From positions 95,916,001 to 95,980,000 of the forward strand of contig NC_045697.1 in the NCBI RefSeq assembly GCF_009834535.1: 64,000 nucleotides of DNA, in the 5' to 3' direction. Positions 1 to 11,723 of the stretch are shown here, one piece after another. How positions within the stretch are numbered: the stretch's first letter is position 1; every line of letters begins with the position of its first letter. The translations under genes were made by a program, and so were the position numbers. The DNA comes from Camelus ferus (taxonomy: Eukaryota). A model generated the notes under the pieces. The model searched no databases. It was given only the letters and a program-made list of their open reading frames with translations, and had not been told where the DNA came from.

Positions 1-780
1 TAGTGAATAAGCATAGGTAAAGCCCTTACGGATCTCACAGCCCAATACAGAATTTACACTTGACAATTCATTATAAATAATACAAATACATTTTTCCTAG
101 CAGACATTTATTTGTTTTTTAATATTTTGATTAAATATAGTATTATATATCTGTGTATACAAATTCAGATATACATTTTAATTAATTTCTAAGAATTTTC
201 AAGAAAAAATATAGGAATGAAGGGTATGAAATGTTATAGTTCTTGGTAAATACTTGAAAATTATTAATGAGAAAGTACAATCTGGTAAATATAATGAGAA
301 CATCCATCTCACTGCATGCTAGACAAGAACGAAAGTTAACAAATTGTTTGCCAATTTGTGACCTTTTCATGATTTCTCTAATTATTTCTAGTGAGTTGAA
401 TTGCACTCATTTAAAAATAATTCTATTTCCTTTCACTGTCTACTTAGAAATTTCACACAATTTAATTGTAGTCTTCATAATTTTTAATTTTTATGTAAAT
501 TATTTAATAACAATGTCTTTAGTTGATATATTTGTGGCAAACAGAGTTCCCATTCACTCATCATTTTCAAGATTTTAGTTACCTTGCCTAACTCATTTAT
601 AACAAATTTGAATCAGTATTATAAAATAAGAATTTACTTTTATAACTATAATTAATCCTATATTTCCTAGTCTTTAAATTTGGGATTTACTTCCTAATTG
701 AACAATATAATTTTCTCCTGCAATAATCGTTTCTTCAGTAAAAGTTATACAGTTTAACATAGTTTTTAACTAATATATAT

Positions 781-1320
781 GTAAGTTGGGGTCTTCTAAG
801 AAGTAGATACCAAGACAGGATTAAAATTAACAGATTTTAGGCCCCTTTTTGCTCCCTCCTCTTTGGAGACGGCCCGCACGCTGTTTGTAGAGTGTGCACC
901 TACCTTTATTTTAACCTGAGTACCCAATTCCCACACCTCTTTCTTTGCCTTTCTCTTGCCTTACACTCTATGCAGTGTGTATCTCTCTAAATAAATCTAC
1001 CTTTACTCAAAAAAAAAAAAAAAAAAAAGCACAGATTTGATATTAGGAGAAGTGCTTGTGTGAGGCAAATTAGGGAAAGAGCCAGGTAAGACTAGAAGAG
1101 CCTCAGACAGTGACAAAAGTATGATACTAAGTGAAGGAAAGACAGAGAGATGGTTGGGAAGAATCCTCCTAAACTTGCACAGTTTAAGAAGTTTTGGCAA
1201 AGCCCTCAGGGAGTTCTAGAACCCAAAAAAGACCTATCAGGCACTGTGCTTCAGTCTCTGTGCTGGGGGATGCAAGATTCAGCCCTTGTCTTTTACTTTG
1301 GAGGGAATATCTTAGCACAC
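781..1320 (-). mobile_element. Ancient ERVL-type LTR remnant (LTR16-like), interrupted by a polyadenylated insert at 838-1030
   Basis: Motif order gttggggtcttc..aagtagataccaagacagga..gagcctcagacagtga..agtgaaggaaagacagaga resembles antisense LTR16-family sequence; the same architecture recurs at 7345-7790. Confidence 0.55.
838..1030 (+). mobile_element. Polyadenylated fragment of an LTR R region, probably retrotransposed by L1
   Basis: AATAAA at 990-995, 20-nt poly(A) at 1009-1028, flanking direct repeat ACAGATTT at 830-837 and 1031-1038; the body (cactctatgcagtgtgtatctctctaaataaatc) resembles an ERV LTR R region. Confidence 0.65.
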
Positions 1321-1379
1321 TCCTGGTCACTGGAACCTTAACAATTCCATGTAAATGACTTGATACTTTTTTTTTTTTT

Positions 1380-1732
1380 AATGTGCAAGGACTTTAGTAG
1401 GGAAAATGGCCATGTGAGAGCCACCAGTAAGACTGCAAAGCAAACCACACCCTGAGGAAAGAAGGAGAGAAGACCTGGAGAACGTGGCTGCTGTGCAGTC
1501 TAAGAAAGGTCCAACAAGGTGCTGGGGAATGTTCAAGCCAAGATCAGCCATCAAACCTGTGTCTCCTAGAAATGAATTTGCCTTGGTATCCCTGGAGTCG
1601 TCATACTTAGACTGGGAAGCCTGGCCTTAGTGCAAATATCTCAATGAGTTTCAGAGCACAGAGACTGGGGCCCTTGATCAATGACACTTCCTGTAATGGA
1701 GGTCTGCAAGGTGCATTCTCATGGACACCACA
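1380..1732 (-). mobile_element. Second LTR16-like ERVL LTR remnant
   Basis: tgcagtctaagaaagg, gccttggtatccctg, ctggccttagtgcaaa and ggtgcattctcatggacaccaca motifs typical of LTR16-like elements. Confidence 0.5.
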
Positions 1733-1784
1733 ACACATCCTACAGTATTAGCATGTACATGTTTAATATCAAAATATGTATAAC

Positions 1785-1975
1785 ATGGTCTATGAAGTCA
1801 GACAGGTACAAGATTAAATCCTACTTCAACCAATTTTAGTGGTATGAACATAAATTAAGTAATTTACATCTCTAAGATCATTTCCCCAGATGAATAAATG
1901 GATATAACAGCACTGTACTACAAGAGGAATAAATAAATAATATGCAAAATATCTGGTTCAGAGTAGGTAAAAAAG
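1785..1975 (+). mobile_element. MIR SINE remnant
   Basis: gaagtcagacag..aaatcct..aagtaatttacatctctaag..aaatggatataacag core-like pattern. Confidence 0.45.
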
Positions 1976-3600
1976 ATAAATATTATGCCATATTAGCTCT
2001 AAGACTGTCTCTATCTGGAGAGGAAGGCTAAGATTATGATCAAATGATTAATCGTGAATCCTGAATGTGGCTCAGATATTTTGAAAAATGGAACATTAGA
2101 AATCATATACATAAATTAAAAAAAATAAGAGCTTTGGTTTCTATAATTAGGAGTCAAAGTCTCAGATACAGAGGCATATTACTGTCTTTGTCTATGGATG
2201 GGAAGAATTAAATACTGATGACAAAGAGTTTTGGCTGTCGGGAGAGCTATAGGATGAAGAGCTAAATCACTCAGGGACAGACAAGGGAATTAACAGAAGT
2301 ATCAAGGCATTTTTGAGCCTATTCAGATATTAAAGCATCTTTAAAATAATAAAATGGATAAAAAACATTTTTATATGCAACAAATACCAGCATACTTATC
2401 AATGATGTACAAATTAAGATAAGTTCAGTGTGTATATAGATATTTGTTATTTCAACCCTCTAAATTTTATTTTACAGTTAACTATGAATTTGTAATATTT
2501 TCTGTGCATTAATTCTAATTCAGTATATAAAATAACATACGGGAGTATATCTTGCACACTCACTTGTGTCTAGATCGACCCGGACTTATAGTAAAGAGAA
2601 AGAAAAAAGACTAGCCTCATCCATTACACATAACAGTTACAATAAAGGAAAGATTAGATGAAATAAAAATTACATTGCCCAAGTACCTGAAGTATAGGAG
2701 GAATTTATCAAGAGGATTAATTCCCTCTAATGAAAAAACACTTTTCTTGCACTAGCAGACTCTTAATGGTAACAAGTATGAATGGCTTAGAATAAAACAT
2801 GTAGATACTCTGAGTGGAATATTTAGTAGCCTGCAGTGATTTGGTCAGTATAATTTTCAAATCATTTATCATTTAATATTGATACTCCTACTAAAACAAT
2901 TCATGCTGTGAAAATGTCTGTGCTTTAGCTACAGTTGGATTATCAAAGCTAATATTAATTAAGTTATATAGAACTGAATCAGAGTTAATTATATTCATCG
3001 AGTTGTTTATTAAATGTTCTTTAATGTCTCTTGGCTTTAGTAAGCTCTTATTGGATGCAATAAGCTGGGTATTCTGAAAGCTGTTGGCACAGTGATTTTA
3101 TGAAGAACAACAGAATTAAGGAGTTGAAGTTAAAAAGAGAAGGTAAAAAAGTGCTGCAAATCAATAATGCTTGAAGAAACCAGGAAAAGGGGTAGGATCT
3201 CTTTAGGAATGAAAGCCTTTCCCTGTTTGGGGACACAGAATTATGTCATATGCTCACTTTCAAGTCCATTCCTATTATGAGTTGTAATGGTTATCATCTG
3301 TGGATTATATTTTTAATAGTTTTCAATGTTTTATTTGTTCTTATTTTTCTTCACAAGAAGCATTATTTTTCATAGCAAGTTTTTATAAATACCTGAATTT
3401 TGTTCTCTAAATATTTAACTTTTTATACGTTGGTTGGTTGTGATCTTTATTTTCAAATATTTTTCAAAGTACACATACTGGATTCTCCTTTAAAGGAGAA
3501 AATCCAATAAATGATTTTTTTATCTTTGGTAAAAAAGATAGTATGTTTGAGGAGTGGGTTTTGACATTCTTGTATCCTATTGTCAGATTCCCTAAATTCA

Positions 3601-5040
3601 CTTTTTAAAATGTATTTGACATATAACATTGTGTAAATATAAGGGGTAAAACATGTTAATTTGATATATTAATATATTGTAATGTGGTTGCCATTATAGT
3701 GATAATTCGTACCTCTATTGCATTACATAATTATCATTTCTTTTCAGTGGTTGAAATCAATTAAGTTCTAGTATTGGTGATTATAATACAGTACTGTTAT
3801 CTATATCCATGATACAGTTTATTAGATCTCCAGGACCTATTTACTATCTGCTGCAATTCTGTACACTTAAAAAGCACCTGTCTTGTCCACCCATCCCCTG
3901 GTAACTACCATTTTACACTCTGTTTTTTATGAGTTTGGCATTTTTAGATTCCACAAATAAGTTATATCATAAAGTATTTATGTTTATTTGTTTGACTTAT
4001 CTCACCATAAACTGCTCAAGATCCATCCATGGATCCATCCATCCATCCTTGGGAATGGCAAGATGTCTTTCTTTCTCATGGCTGAATAATATTCCCATGT
4101 ATATGCAGTGGACCCTTGAACAACATGGGTTTGAACTGCCTGAGTCCACTTATAAGAGGATTTCTTTCACAAAACATGTCCATAATAATGTACTACATGA
4201 TCCAAGTTTGAATATGGAACCATGAAAATGGAGGGCTGAAGTCATACTAGATTTTTCCACTGTGGGGAGAGTTGGAACCTCTAATCCCTATGTTGTTCAT
4301 GGTCTAAGATAGATGTACACCACATCTTCTTTATCCACTCTGTTGATGGGCATTTAGGCTGTTTCCATATCTTAGCTATTGTCAAAAATGCTGCAATAAA
4401 CATGGGAATTCATATCTCTACCCTGTTTTCATTTTCTTGAATATATATAGGCCCAGAAGTGAAACTGATGGATCATATGGTAGTTCTATTTTTAATTGTT
4501 TGAGGAACCTCCATATTGTTTTCCATAGTGGCTGCACCAATTTACATTCCCACCCACAGCGTACAAGTCTTCTCTTTTCCACGTTCTCACCAATATTTGT
4601 CATCTTGTCTTCTTAATGATAGCCATTCTAACAGGTATGAGGTGGTATCTCATTGTTTTAATGTGCATTTCCCTGATGACTGCAATGTTGAGCATCTTTT
4701 CATGTATCTGTTGGGCATTTGGATGTCATCTTTGGAAATATGTCTGTTTAGTTCTTCTGCTCATTTTTTAATTAGATTTTGTTGTTGTTGTTATTGAGCT
4801 GTATAAGTTCTTTACATATTTTGATTATCAACCCCTTAGATGAAATATGATTTGCAAAAGGTTTCTCCATTCTGCTGTTTGCTCTCTTATTTTGTTAATT
4901 GTCTATTTTCCTGTGCAGAAACTTTTAAGTTTGATATAGTCCCATTTTTTGATTGTTGCTTTTGTTGTTTTTACTTTTGGTGTCATATCCAAAAAAATAA
5001 TTGCCAAGACCAATGTCAAGGAGCTTCTTGCCATTTCCTG
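3601..5040 (-). mobile_element. L1 LINE 3' fragment (end of ORF2 plus 3' UTR), degenerate
   Basis: Minus-strand ORFs give L1 ORF2 C-terminal peptides ([60 protein letters not shown]). Confidence 0.92.
4106..4308 (+). mobile_element. Tigger2/MER28-like TcMar MITE nested in the L1 3' UTR
   Basis: Begins cagtggacccttgaacaacatgggtttgaactgc and ends tgttgttcatggtc, an imperfect terminal inverted repeat matching Tigger2-type ends. Confidence 0.8.
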
Positions 5041-6714
5041 TATTCTTAAACACAAGTCAGCTCTATGACTTTTGCCAAGACTGACTACACTTATGCAGAC
5101 AGGAAAAATGGGGAAAAAAAAAAGGAGAAAAGAGGGTCCAGAAAACAATGTAAGACCCAAATGCACACTACAAAAAATAATTAGACTTCTAGCAGTATTT
5201 CATACTGTTTCAGTGAGGACAAACACTTGCTCCTTCAGTTTCTTACTGAGAAAAGGTAGATAAACTTGGTGAGAAGAGAAGTTGAAAAGACGGAGTTTCC
5301 ATATAGTGTGTACTCATCCAACCAATCCCATGAGAGAAGCAAAGCTAGTGATAAATAGGCCAGCTTTGTGCTTTCAGGTTCAATCTAAGGAAAATAATCA
5401 TAAACATCAATTGGATCAAAACTGTCATTCTCTAGGGTAGAACAGATGACTTTGCCACACCTGAACAGTCGGTGCTCCATGTGGATGGATCATCAGAATT
5501 ATCAGAGATTCAGCTTTTTTTAACAAACAAGCAGCATCACTGAGCACACTGACTGTATGTGAGTAGTTCTTTTGTACTTTTTCAAGATATGATTTCTTCC
5601 AAAATAGGACCTGTAGAGTAGAAGCCACTTGTGAATAGTCATGGCAGGCCCAAAGAGTATCACACAAAGTAATAACTAAGACATATATACAAGAATGGCC
5701 ACAGCATTTATCTTTTAAGAACTGACTCACAAAGAATACTGAAAATTAACTTAAACAGATAATCTGTTTATAAACAATAATATATTTAGTTTTAATTATT
5801 TAAATTGACATCCAGGAGAGTTGCAAGTTAACCATTTAATTTCAGATAATATCCCTTTAGGCTTAAATATATTCACTTTTCATTGATTACTTCTGTAACG
5901 GACTGAATGGAAATATTTACTTCTCTTGATTTCATTCGTATGGTCAGTTGCATTTGTAAAAATGAATCTTACCAAATCAAAAAATGCTGCACTGACAAGC
6001 TGTGAGCAATGACAATAATTCCACTAATGCAGTTGCCAAGTACACCAATTATCCTAATGATGATTCAGTCGTCTGATAATCACATCCCCCAAGGACCATA
6101 TACAGTCAATCCACACAGCTGCAGAGTCCTCTCCAGGCTCATTTTGCTTATTCCTATCTTGGTAAAAACTACATAATATTACTTTATTAGCATAAAATAA
6201 TCATCATAGGTGAAGATGAGCTGAACATACAGACAGCTAGACTGCTGAAGGGTAATCGGGGAGACTCCTACATGAGGTGCTTAGTCCTGTCATTCATTTC
6301 TCCAGTGCCTGATAGAGCCATAATTTAGACCACAGATCTGCTTCCATCTAAAGTAATGGTGTGGATTTTGAAGGAATAAAAATACTTCAGTGATCTATTT
6401 ACATAAATCAGTGGGACACTGCTTGATAAACATATTTTGAAATCCTAACTAAGTGATATCTTCATAGATTTGCTGGCAAATATTTTTTTCTTTCCTTTCT
6501 GAATTTTCAAGTAGCAACCCAAAATTGCTTTCACAAGTCTGTCGAATTTTAAAGTATAATTTGCAATAAAAGAGTAATTGCCTTATCACAGAGGTAAGAT
6601 AGCAAAACTTGTATTTGGGGAAAGGAGGTTTAATGGTTATTTATTCCACATTCAATCATTTTGCAACATATTTTTAAAATATTTCTTTAAATTTGTTGAT
6701 TAGACTTTTTCAAG

Positions 6715-7195
6715 AATTGGAAAGGGTTTGAGATTTTGCCATTTGTATACTAAAAAGTTAGTCTGTCCCAGGTTCATGGCTGCAGAAGAAGAGGTGCCTG
6801 GGGCAGAGACAAAAGATTTTGTTCTTCGTGGCACAGCAGAGAGCATGAGCTGCATGTTTACATTAGTTCCTTTTGTTCTCTGTCTTAGGGGGTGATGTGG
6901 AGACACACAGGTAAATGCTGCCCACACAGGTGGTTTGTTACACAACTGAGAAATATAAACTAAGGAAACCCCCATCCTTTAAAGAATCTACTAGAAGCCT
7001 GCCTAAAGTTTGCCCTGGAGGGACAGATTATTTTACTATCTTGGACAGCAATCAGATCTGCTGTCTGCCCAACATGAAGAAACTGCTCCTATTTTCCACC
7101 TTGAAAATGTTGTTCTGAAAAATGTACCAGAGTAAAGTCTCTGTTTATAAGATGTATAGCAACACAAGAGACTAATGGAAATAATCTCCCAACAG
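6715..7195 (-). mobile_element. Ancient solo LTR (MER74/MER54/MER73-like; family uncertain)
   Basis: gagattttgcc..aagttagtctg..ttcatggctgcag..gggcagagacaaaagatttt resembles the antisense U5/R of these LTRs. Confidence 0.5.
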
Positions 7196-7344
7196 ATTTT
7201 CCAAGTTATAATCTGATAATGTTCAGACACTCTCACTCTCCACATATGCTTTAGTTTGATATTATTTATAACTTTCCTTTTGTTTTCATTTGTTCATTTG
7301 TTTTGAGTGCAATGATAACATATAACAAATGGAGACAGAGCAGG

Positions 7345-7795
7345 TATCTAAGCTTGAGTTCTCCAAAAATAGATGTCAAGACAGTATTACACAGGCAAGA
7401 TATATATTGAGAGAAAAGGCTTCCGTAGATAAAGGGGAAAAGGAAGCAGGGCTAGGCAGAGAGAGCTCTCCAAAAACAATGTATGTCTGGCTCCTGTAAA
7501 AGGTCAGAGGGAGGTCAAGAGTGCTGGACAGGAAGAGACTGAGACTGCAATGAAATTCTGAAGAACATTCATCCAATCCCAAGAGGAGTCCCAGAGCAAA
7601 GATTATCTATAGAGGAGACCCACTGTAGTACCCAGGTAATTTCAGTCATTGACTGGGAGCAAGCCCAAGAGAGCCTGGGCTTGGCTTATACGCTGTGTTG
7701 GATCCCGAATATGTAGCACGTATAGTGCGTCAGCTAAAAATACACCTAGAAGCAAGTTCTCTCCTGAGAGATCTCATCAGAGCATTCACAGAGCT
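7345..7795 (-). mobile_element. LTR16-like ERVL LTR remnant
   Basis: gataaaggggaaaaggaagcagggctaggcagagagagc..gagactgcaatgaaattctgaag..ccagagcaaaga..cagtcattgactgggagc. Confidence 0.6.
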
Positions 7796-8050
7796 GCTAC
7801 AGCAAGGCTAGTGAAACTTGCAAACATAATTAAGCAGCCACAGTTCACTCCTGTTTGGAATGTCTTCTGATTCATATATGCTTCAAAGGTTTCCATTCCT
7901 GGGAAGTTATTATTAAAGATAAGGTGATCCTATGTTTTCCCATTGGAATAATAAGATATAAATCCACAACTCTCTGTGATATAACATAAAAACTGACAGG
8001 TAGAAGCAAAATGAAGAACAAAAGAGATTTCAGAGTTACAGTGTAGAAGA

Positions 8051-8277
8051 GAGGCCAGCAAACATTTTCTTTAAAAGACTGGATAGTAAATATGTTCAGC
8101 TTTCATGCCACACTGTCTCTGTCACCACTACCCAAATCTGCTTTTGTAGTGCGGAAGTGTGAAAGCAGCTGTGGACAACATATAATCAAATGGGTGTGGC
8201 TATATCAAAATACTTCTTTTTTCAAAAACAGTGGCAGACCAGATTTGGTCCATACACCATAGTTTGCCAACTATTGA
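8051..8277 (+). mobile_element. MER58A-like hAT-Charlie MITE
   Basis: gcaaacattttctttaaaagactggatagtaaatat..gaaagcagc..aatgggtgtggct..ccatagtttgccaac. Confidence 0.8.
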
Positions 8278-9554
8278 TGTAGAATAATGTATTATGTGCT
8301 TTGCACATGTTTGTCATCTCTATATATGACCAATGACAAATTTGACCAACAGATGACAATTCCCACCTAAAAAGTACAGAAGCCAAATATTGGAAGTATA
8401 TGTTTTCTTTGAAAAGTTACAACATTGCCTATTGAAGAAAGCATCTTTAGAATACCACAAACATGTCAGCCATTGTATGAAATTCTTCTGTGCTTTAAAG
8501 GCACAGAAGAAGGTTCAGATAAAGGCCATGTAACAATTATACTTCAATAGAACAAGCAAGCATATGGAAAGCTGGCAAAGGGGTGGAGAAATGAAGAGGG
8601 TATATATAAATGTATCCCAGTATTTTCTATTTTTAGCATGTCAAGTATTGAAATGAAGGATATTTAGTAGAAAAAATAATTTACATGTACTTACTGGTAT
8701 ATGAAGTTGAGATTAAAAACTAGAAAACAAAATTAGTGATAATAAGGTATAAAAGTTTTCATTTTGTTCTTGAACAAAAAATAAAATAAAAAATAAAAAG
8801 AGTCACTAGTTACCCTAGTAAACACACAATCCTTTGATTTAGTTCATGTTCTTCTAAAATAACGCCTAATTCAGGTATAGGTAGCTTTTTTTTTTTTTTT
8901 TTTTTTTGGTAAATAATCCCAAGGAGTAAGAATAAAGTGAGACAAACAGGAGAAATATTCCTTCCAAGGATGTAGTTGCCTTGGTAGATAACACAGATTC
9001 ATTTCCTTTGCAACCTTCAGCAAGTGATGCCTGCCACCCAGAACTGTCTGATTATCTGGAAAAAAAAATATCACTTTCTGGGAATAGACATCATTGACTT
9101 GCTCATTTTCTTTTCCAGTCCTTTTAACACGTACAGAATAATTCCATAAACATTCCACCTCTTAAAAAAAAAAAACTCTTTCAACTTTTTTTTTCCCCAC
9201 CAGAAACCTTCCTAATTTAAAAGTGATCATGGGGTACATCAGCTCCACCTAAAATCAATGACTAGAGAGCATTGTTTTAAAATATGAGAGCACTGATGCT
9301 CCTGCCCTTAGTCATGACCAAACTGACTTTCTTTCACCATTCCACACGCAGTCTGAATACAAAATCCCACCTGGAACTAGTCCAAATGCAGAGTATAAAT
9401 GGGGTTGGCTAGATCTTGTGAGTTAGTTACTAGTTATACAATAGTGTTAATTAACAGAATTATATTCTTTTAGAGTAGTGGCTGTTCCTGAGCTAAATAT
9501 TCACACTCCGTGCCTGGAGAAATTTTAATGAGGGCTTTCAGGGAACCCACTTAC

Positions 9555-9975
9555 ACCACTAAGTAGCTGTGTAAACTGGGCCAATTAACTCTGTTGTGCC
9601 TGTTTATTTATAATTTGGGGCTAATAGTAGTACCTACCTAGGAATTTTTGTTTGTTTTATTGAGAGGAGAGTGGATGCATCAAAGAAACTAACTTAGAGT
9701 TGCTTCAGAGAGTATCTGACAAAAGTTAAGGAATCAATAAACGCTAATTGTTATTATTATGATAACCATGACCAGGCAAGCCAGCATCACCATTCACCTG
9801 TGTCAGGTGCTGAGCTAAGAACTTCACATCTTTCTTTTCTTTCCTCATGACAATAATATAAAAGATATTTTTATTACAATTAGATACATGGAGGCAACTA
9901 ACTGTTGAGAACTCTATGTTGCCTTACATAGGTCAAAATTTAGCTACAGGAACAGGAGTAAATTCAGATCTGTGA
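9555..9975. mobile_element. Two adjacent MIR remnants in opposite orientations
   Basis: ccactaagtagctgtgtaaactggg..aatagtagtacctacc (sense core) followed by tgtcaggtgctgagctaag..cctcatgacaat..gaggcaact (antisense). Confidence 0.5.
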
Positions 9976-10387
9976 TTTAGTGCCTACGGCAATCTATGTT
10001 ATCCTGAGCATGTGTATATTTATTCTTGTAATAATAACTCATATTAGTGGTATAAGTAAGATCAATATATTTTTGTTTCAATAAGAATTTTCTGAACACT
10101 CTCTGTATTCATCTGAACTTGAGATTATTAGCAAAATGAATATAGGTATTGGCCTATGAGTGGAAATTTTCTTAGAAAAAAATTTAAAGGATATCTCTTT
10201 CAGGAAAAGGGGAAATAGAGTCATATTAACCATTTAGAGAGATAGATATTAAGTATGTGCACATTAAAATTTATATTTAGATGTCACAGACAACAATACA
10301 AATTATGATACAACAATTAAGCAAAAATGTTTCTCCCTGAAAGTGAATAAATAAGTATCTCTAATCTGTCTGAATGGATCTTGGGAG

Positions 10388-10750
10388 TGTTAGGTAGTTT
10401 AGATAGAAATAGCACTGGGCAGGGAGAGAGGAAGGGGAAAGGAACAATCCAGAACACAGGGAACCTGTGCTGTCAATTAACCAGAGCACAAGGAAACTGA
10501 GCTGTCAATCAATTAATCAATCATGAAACCAGGATATAAAAACAGGATAAATGAGGGAACAGCACCGTTTTCCCTCTCTCGGATTGGCCCGCTCCCAATT
10601 CTCGGGAGTGTACTATCTTTCATTATTTTTTTTTTTTACTTCACTAACAAAAATCTTGCTTATATCACGCTTTTTGTCTCTCATCAAAAATTCTTTTTTT
10701 TCAGGTGACTAAGAACTGAGGTACTTCTTATTTCCCTTTTCCCAGTAACA
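10388..10750 (+). mobile_element. Solo LTR, ERV1-like, 363 bp
   Basis: TGTTA...TAACA termini, 4-bp target-site duplication GGAG (10384-10387 and 10751-10754), TATAAAA at 10535-10541; homologous to the inverted copy at 32612-32962. Confidence 0.9.
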
Positions 10751-11617
10751 GGAGTAAATAAGCTAATGATATGAGAGCTCCTCCTGAAATTTCAAACTTC
10801 AAGAAGACACAAAATCAAATATGCCAATAAAATGTATAGGCTCTCCACTGTTAAAAGGAAATCCCCAAACCCACATTCTATTGGAGATAGACTAGACAGT
10901 CGTTCACCAAGGATGCCTTTGCACCACCATAGAAGGAGTACTCTTTCCAACATTGTTATCTACCTTGTGATTTACTCTGATCAATGACATGCAGGCAAAG
11001 GTAGCAGTGTGCATATTCTTGTGATTTAAGAAGAGTCAGTTTGGCAAGGTAGAGTAGTGGTGGAGACAGTGCCTGGAGAAGAGGTCATAGAACTAGAACT
11101 CACAGACAACTCTTTAACATTTGAAACTATCACTAATTACAACTGTCTTAACTATATTCTCTAGGGTTGAAATTTCTTTTGCTGCCATTTTTACAACCTT
11201 ATTCCAGAATGTCATAACTAAAAGAATACATAATTTGGAAACACTAATCAAGTTTGAAAGTTCCTGAGTAGCTTCTCGGTGAATCTCTACCCACATTACT
11301 CAGGATAGAAATCAGAAATGTTTATTGGTGCTCAGGGAAGATTTATAATTATAAGACAATATCACTACCTTCGTCTCAATTGTCATGAGACTGCTTCCTT
11401 CCTTTTTTTTTTTTTTTAATGAAAGCCCATGTTTCTTTCAATACTTTTAAGGATATTCAGAGTACCTCTATTTCTCAGAGGGAATTCTACTTTAATTTTC
11501 CAATTCTGATGAATATCCCATACTTATTGTAGCTTACTTCCAGATCTACTAACTCTTTTGTCACTTCTCTGCACCACCGGAAACCACCCTAGATGCAGCC
11601 CTTTCAGAATAACTTCT

Positions 11618-11723
11618 TTCTTTTCTTCCTTTTTTTTTTTTTTTAAATTGAAGTATAGTCAGTTTACAATGTTGTGTCAATTTCTTGTGTACAGCATAAT
11701 GTTTCAGTCATACATACACATAC
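11618..11723 (-). mobile_element. Extremely 5'-truncated young L1 3' tip with poly(A)
   Basis: T-rich tail then ttgaagtatagtcagtttacaatgttgtgtcaatttc; direct repeat ATAACTTCT at 11609-11617 and 11724-11732; similar to the 3' end of the L1 at 34728-35150. Confidence 0.85.
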
